A stretch of 64,000 bases of DNA from Chloroflexia bacterium (GTDB lineage: Bacteria; Chloroflexota; Chloroflexia; DTKN01), in assembly GCA_036172265.1 (NCBI GenBank), contig JASFBA010000084.1, positions 18,169 through 82,168 on the forward strand. Direction: 5' to 3'. A program made the translations under genes and the position numbers. The notes under the pieces were generated by a model that saw only the letters and a program-made list of their open reading frames with translations, did not search any database and was not told the DNA's origin. Numbering within the stretch: the stretch's first letter is position 1; the number at the start of each line of letters is the position of its first letter. Positions 59,883-64,000 of the stretch are shown piece by piece.

Positions 59883-61025
59883 TTAGAGATGGCAGTCCTT
59901 TGGGCCTCCGCAGACCCCCTCATCCTTCAGCCGTGACATAACCTCCACCAGTTGCCGGTTCTCCTCCAATCGGCGAGTCCCGATGCGGATATGGGCCAAC
60001 AGGCCGAAGGAGCGGCAACTGCGAACCAGAATCCGCTGGCGCATCAGCAACTCCCGCGTCCTCTCCCCAGCTCCCGTCCGCACCAGGAAGAAATTCACAG
60101 TGGTGGGGAGGACAGGGTATCCCAACTCCGCAACAGCGGTCTGCAAGTCCTCCGCGAGGCGGCGCAGCCGGCGCCACATCTCCCGGTATTCCTCCAGGTG
60201 GTCCAGAGCGGCCAATCCTGCCGCCTGGGCGGCCGCGTTGACGCTCCATGGCGGCTGTGCCCGGCGCAGGGCCCGAATTCCCTCTTCGGCTCCCAGCACA
60301 TATCCCAGCCGCAATCCTGCCAGGGCGAAGTCTTTGGTCATGGAACGTAGAATGAGCAGATGCCCGCTTTCCAGAAAAGGGACGGAATCCCACGGTGCGC
60401 TTGCGAAATTCACATACGCCTCATCCACAACCAGCAGACTTCCCACCGTCTGGCAGGCCGTTAGAATGGAGAGAACGGCCTCCCTGCTCAGGTAGACCCC
60501 GGTGGGGTTGTTGGGGTTGCAGAGCCAGACCAGGCGGGGATAGTGAGCGCAAATCCATTCGGCGATTTCCCCTGCGTCGGGGTGGAACCGCTGCTCCTCC
60601 GGGGCGGAGAGGACATAAACCCCCGCCCCCATCAGCATGGAGGCCACCCGGTACTCCCCGAATGTCGGGCCGACGATCAGGACGGCATCGCCGGGGTCCA
60701 GATAGGCCAGGGCGACCAGCCAGATCGCTTGCGCGGTGCCGTTGGTCACCAGGACCTGGGCCGGGGGAAGGCCGCAGAGTGCGGCCAATCGCTCCCGGAG
60801 AAGGCCCGCTTCCGGGTCGGGATACCGGGAGATGTTCACGCGCGTCAGCGCTTCCTGCACTGCCGGGTGGGGGCCGAAGGGGTTGGAATTGACGCTGAAA
60901 TCCAGCACTTCGTCCGGGGTGATCCCTTCGGCCCGCAAGCGGGCGTAATCCAGGCCACCGTGCTCATCTGGGAGCAGTTCACGAACAACCGGACGGGGTA
61001 AGAGGGGTGGATCGTTTATGTTCAA
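59883..61025 (-). CDS. cobD: threonine-phosphate decarboxylase / class II aminotransferase (CobD-HisC family)
   Basis: PLP aminotransferase fold (SMTKDFALAGLRLGY Lys motif) in a cobalamin operon context. TTG start. Confidence 0.7.
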   Translation of the reverse strand: MNINDPPLLPRPVVRELLPDEHGGLDYARLRAEGITPDEVLDFSVNSNPFGPHPAVQEALTRVNISRYPDPEAGLLRERLAALCGLPPAQVLVTNGTAQAIWLVALAYLDPGDAVLIVGPTFGEYRVASMLMGAGVYVLSAPEEQRFHPDAGEIAEWICAHYPRLVWLCNPNNPTGVYLSREAVLSILTACQTVGSLLVVDEAYVNFASAPWDSVPFLESGHLLILRSMTKDFALAGLRLGYVLGAEEGIRALRRAQPPWSVNAAAQAAGLAALDHLEEYREMWRRLRRLAEDLQTAVAELGYPVLPTTVNFFLVRTGAGERTRELLMRQRILVRSCRSFGLLAHIRIGTRRLEENRQLVEVMSRLKDEGVCGGPKDCHL

Positions 61026-61145
61026 ATTATCCTCCCGGACCGTTCGTAGTGAGCGACGCAGCGAAGCGGAGTCGCGTCTAACGGCACTCCGCTGCGCTTC
61101 GTGCCTGACTACGAACGGTGCCCTGAGTACGAACGGCGGGCCTGA

Positions 61146-62066
61146 CTACGAACCGAGGATCCATACCAGCAGGAGAATGCCCCCCACCACTAACACCGTT
61201 GTCCATCGGACCACCCGGAGCGCGCGCCGGATAGTCTGCGTATCTCGCGGGCCATCCCCTCCTTCCAGCCGGTAGTGCCCCACCTTCTCCAGGGTGACGC
61301 CCAATGCGCCGGCCATCGCGGCCATCGTCCAGCCGGCGTTGGGGCTCGCGGTCCGGGGGTGCTGGCCCCACATCGCGCGCCAGGCCCCGCGCGGGTCTTC
61401 TCCGGCCAGCGCCGCCCCGACAACGATGAGCAGGGCGGTCAGCCGGGCGGGGAGCCAGTTCAGGGCATCGTCAGCCCGGGCCGCAAATTTGCCGAGGTAC
61501 TCCTTCTCTGGCGTGCGGTGGCCCCACAGAGAGTCGGCGGTATTGCAGAACCGGTAGGCCCACGCGCCGGGAAGCCCCAGAAGGGCAAAGTAGAAGAGGG
61601 GCCCCGTCAGCCCGTCGGTGAGGTTCTCCGCCAGCGACTCCACCGTTGCGGAGACGACCAGCGGCGCCGGAAGGTCCGCCGTCTCCCGCCCGACCAGGTG
61701 CCAGCGGACTACTCGGCGGGCCTCCGGCAGGTCTCCTCGTTCCAGTGCTTCCTGCACCTCCGCCCCGGCCCACAGGAGGGCGCGGATGGCGAAGGTCACC
61801 TTCAGTAGGGGGATGCTCCAGAGCCAGAACAGGGGGAGCGAAGCGCGGGAGAGGAACCACATCGGGAGCGCAAAGAGGGCCGCGCCCAGCAGGACGGCGG
61901 CCATCCCGAAGAGGAACTGCCAGGCCCGGCCCGCTCGGGGCCGCCACCGCCACCACCCATCCAGCCAGCGGCCCATCCAGGTGACCGGGTGGAAGGTACC
62001 CTGCGGCTCCCCCAGCGCAAAGTCCAGGGCGACTGCTCCCAGAAGTGTCAGGATTGCCTCAGCCAA
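61146..62066 (-). CDS. cbiB: adenosylcobinamide-phosphate synthase (CbiB/CobD membrane protein)
   Basis: AVALDFALGEPQGTFHPVTWMGRW... CbiB N-terminal motif. TTG start. Confidence 0.85.
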   Translation of the reverse strand: MAEAILTLLGAVALDFALGEPQGTFHPVTWMGRWLDGWWRWRPRAGRAWQFLFGMAAVLLGAALFALPMWFLSRASLPLFWLWSIPLLKVTFAIRALLWAGAEVQEALERGDLPEARRVVRWHLVGRETADLPAPLVVSATVESLAENLTDGLTGPLFYFALLGLPGAWAYRFCNTADSLWGHRTPEKEYLGKFAARADDALNWLPARLTALLIVVGAALAGEDPRGAWRAMWGQHPRTASPNAGWTMAAMAGALGVTLEKVGHYRLEGGDGPRDTQTIRRALRVVRWTTVLVVGGILLLVWILGS

Positions 62067-62727
62067 CCCTGCCCTCCAGCCGCGCCGTGAGGTTCAGGAA
62101 CCAGACGCCGTCGTGCTCGCGGACGGCCGGAGCGCCCGGGGGGATTTCCACCCGCAGCGGACGCCGGAAAAGGGGCCCGTCGGTGACCAGGGTGTGATAC
62201 TCGCCTTGCTCTCCGCAGGGATGAGCCCCGCGCGCCACCATCTCGGCGACCAGTTCCCGGCCCAGGGGACGCCCCAGGAAGGCGGGGTCCAGCCGGGTCG
62301 CGACGACCAGGGCCTGAAAGCCAGCCCCCCAGAACTCCTCCAGCAGGGCCCAGGGGTCGGCCTTCCAGAGGGGGAGGAGGGGCTGCAGGCCCACTTCTCC
62401 ACAGACCCGCTCCACCCACTCCCGGTGTCCCTCCAGGTCCATATCCCCGAAGACGCCGCCTTCTATCTCCGAAGCCTTCAGCGTTCGCAGCGCGTCTTTG
62501 AAGTGGGCCTCATACTCCTCCCAGGAGGTGTAGACCTGGGCCAGGGGAAGGCCCATCGCGCGGGCCTGGAGGGCGACAACCTCAGCAGGGAACCCGTGGG
62601 AGCGGACGCGGCTTCCGTCCTCGGCGGCGCAGTTGAGCAGGCAGACCAGTCGGTGGCCCTGCCGCTGGGCCCGGTAGGCTGCCAGCGCGCTATCTTTTCC
62701 ACCGCTCCAGGAGATGAGGAGGTTCAA
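62059..62727 (-). CDS. PP-loop ATP pyrophosphatase, Dph6/MJ0570-like (diphthine-ammonia-ligase-related)
   Basis: ISWSGGKDSALAAY PP-loop (SGGKDS) at the N-terminus. 222 aa. Confidence 0.55.
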   Translation of the reverse strand: MNLLISWSGGKDSALAAYRAQRQGHRLVCLLNCAAEDGSRVRSHGFPAEVVALQARAMGLPLAQVYTSWEEYEAHFKDALRTLKASEIEGGVFGDMDLEGHREWVERVCGEVGLQPLLPLWKADPWALLEEFWGAGFQALVVATRLDPAFLGRPLGRELVAEMVARGAHPCGEQGEYHTLVTDGPLFRRPLRVEIPPGAPAVREHDGVWFLNLTARLEGRVG

Positions 62728-62787
62728 GGAAAATCCACGTTCATCTGCGTTTATCTACGTCCTATTCCAAAGATAACCACAACGCCT

Positions 62788-63618
62788 TCAAGATGTTCTC
62801 CATGCCGTCCGTCCTCCGGGTGATTCACCCTGGCCGATTCTGGGCAGGATGGCCGGACGTCCCTCATCGTCGGGTCGGGGGAAAACTGCGATGGCGTCCC
62901 CATAGATCGCGGTCAGCCGCTCCCGGCGCAACACCTCCTTCGGGTCGCCCAGGGCCGCCAGGAACCCGTCCACCAGCAACGCCAGCCGGTCGGCGAAGGT
63001 CGCTGCCAGGTTCATATCGTGCAGGACGACCAGGACGGCGATGCCGCGCTCCATTGCCATCCGGCGGATCAGGGAGAGGACCGCGACCTGGTGGTGGATG
63101 TCCAGATGGGTCGTCGGCTCGTCCAGAAAGAGACAGCGGGGTTCCTGGGCCAGGGCGCGGGCCAGGAGGACCCGTTGTCGCTCCCCGCCGGAGAGTTCGC
63201 CGATCAGCCGCTCCGAAAGATCCGCCATACCCACCCATTCCAGCGCGCGGCGGACGGCGGCCCGATCTCCCTGACGGGGGACTCCCAGAAAGCCCAGATA
63301 CGGCGTCCGTCCCAGCATTACGCTCTCCCAGACGGTGAAGGTAGATGGGATGGAGGCGCCCTGGGGCACCAGCGCGACCCATCGGGCCAGTTCACGCGAG
63401 GGCCAACGGGCCGGCGGACGCCCAAAGAGCCGCACCGTCCCTCTATCGGGCCGGAGGAATCCCGCTGCCAGCCGGATCAGTGTGGATTTCCCGGCCCCGT
63501 TGGGACCGATGAGCCCCAGTACCTCCCCGGGCATCAACCGGAACGACACCCCCTGCAGAACGGCCCGCCCGTCATAAGCAAAGGTCAGATTCTCTATTTC
63601 CAGTGGTATCATACTCAC
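62788..63618 (-). CDS. btuD: ABC transporter ATP-binding protein (FecE/BtuD-like, iron-siderophore/cobalamin type)
   Basis: GPNGAGKST Walker A, LSGGERQR signature, LLDEPT Walker B. Confidence 0.85.
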   Translation of the reverse strand: MSMIPLEIENLTFAYDGRAVLQGVSFRLMPGEVLGLIGPNGAGKSTLIRLAAGFLRPDRGTVRLFGRPPARWPSRELARWVALVPQGASIPSTFTVWESVMLGRTPYLGFLGVPRQGDRAAVRRALEWVGMADLSERLIGELSGGERQRVLLARALAQEPRCLFLDEPTTHLDIHHQVAVLSLIRRMAMERGIAVLVVLHDMNLAATFADRLALLVDGFLAALGDPKEVLRRERLTAIYGDAIAVFPRPDDEGRPAILPRIGQGESPGGRTAWRTS

Positions 63619-63644
63619 CTCCGGGTTGCAGGGAGCAGGGCGCG

Positions 63645-64000
63645 CTAAAACACCTCCCGCTTCTGCCGCCGTAGCAGATACAGGAAGAACGGCGCGCCGG
63701 CAACGGCTGTCACCACCCCCAGGGGCAATTCCCGGGGGGAGAAGAGGGTGCGGGCCGCACTGTCGGCCAGGATGACCCCCACCGCGCCCAGGATGCCGCT
63801 CATCGGGAGCAGGAATCGGTGGTCCGGCCCCCAGATGAGCCGGACGATGTGGGGGATAATCAGCCCCACGAAGCCGACCGTCCCGCTGACCGAGACGGCG
63901 GCGGCGGTAGCGAGGGAGACCGCCAGAATGAGGAGCCCCTTGGTCCGCTCCACTGCCACCCCCAGCGACTGGGCCTGCTCCTCGTCCAGTTGGAGCACGT
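63645..64000 (-). CDS. btuC: FecCD/BtuC-family ABC permease, partial (5' end beyond window)
   Basis: C-terminal TM segments of the FecCD family (GPDHRFLLPMSGILGAVGVILAD...GVVTAVAGAPFFLYLL). Truncated by the window edge. Confidence 0.7.
   Translation of the reverse strand, partial: VLQLDEEQAQSLGVAVERTKGLLILAVSLATAAAVSVSGTVGFVGLIIPHIVRLIWGPDHRFLLPMSGILGAVGVILADSAARTLFSPRELPLGVVTAVAGAPFFLYLLRRQKREVF

Noticed and set aside
59883-61146. Apparent 1-nt disagreement between my manual coordinate count and the ORF-track boundaries at 61025/61146
   Set aside because: All other checked boundaries agree with the track; examples are 1196, 2682, 20001, 22299, 24984, 26894, 27991, 29335, 33744, 54928, 57781, 59862, 62066 and 63618. 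This is most likely my own miscount in this stretch, so track coordinates were used.

Overview
High-GC (~67%) bacterial chromosomal segment. Gene content suggests a thermophilic Chloroflexota-like organism (inference from MurT, a class V FBP aldolase/phosphatase and several PMT-like GT39 paralogs). About 55 protein-coding genes are densely packed; no rRNA, tRNA, CRISPR array or transposase/integrase was recognised.

Main modules, in order:
- a translationally coupled pyrF–DUF951–purD-like–GT4 operon (minus strand)
- cupin, coiled-coil/roadblock protein, DUF503 and murT
- a 949-aa multi-PAS/GAF hybrid histidine kinase
- a 1458-aa secreted S8 subtilase with a PKD domain
- a tandem-hotdog thioesterase, a TolB-like lipoprotein and a P-loop-kinase::DAGK-type lipid kinase fusion
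- a wHTH regulator plus Crp/Fnr operon, convergent with a 2x cNMP-binding::ferredoxin fusion
- a ThiS/MoaD-GG + ThiF-like E1 + HEAT-repeat + AmmeMemoRadiSam-type radical SAM operon, lying next to an archaemetzincin–fbp(class V)–ROK kinase unit
- cvpA–mutS2
- an MFS transporter, a DUF4910 protein and a LysM/M23 peptidase
- pyrR–pyrB–pyrC
- a P-loop NTPase / frameshifted TPR / membrane / wHTH four-gene cluster
- birA
- four paralogous PMT/ArnT-like (GT39-type) membrane glycosyltransferases interleaved with two secreted CBM/FN3-like paralogs
- a cobalamin salvage operon (cobU, cobS, cobT, cobD, cbiB) with btuD and a partial btuC-like permease

Non-coding features:
- six near-consensus AT-rich sigma70 promoters
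- a 3-copy ~31-nt palindromic REP-like element
- heptanucleotide tandem repeats, both intergenic and inside the GT39 paralogs
- TACGAAC direct repeats in two regulatory regions
- two unusually long structured non-coding stretches
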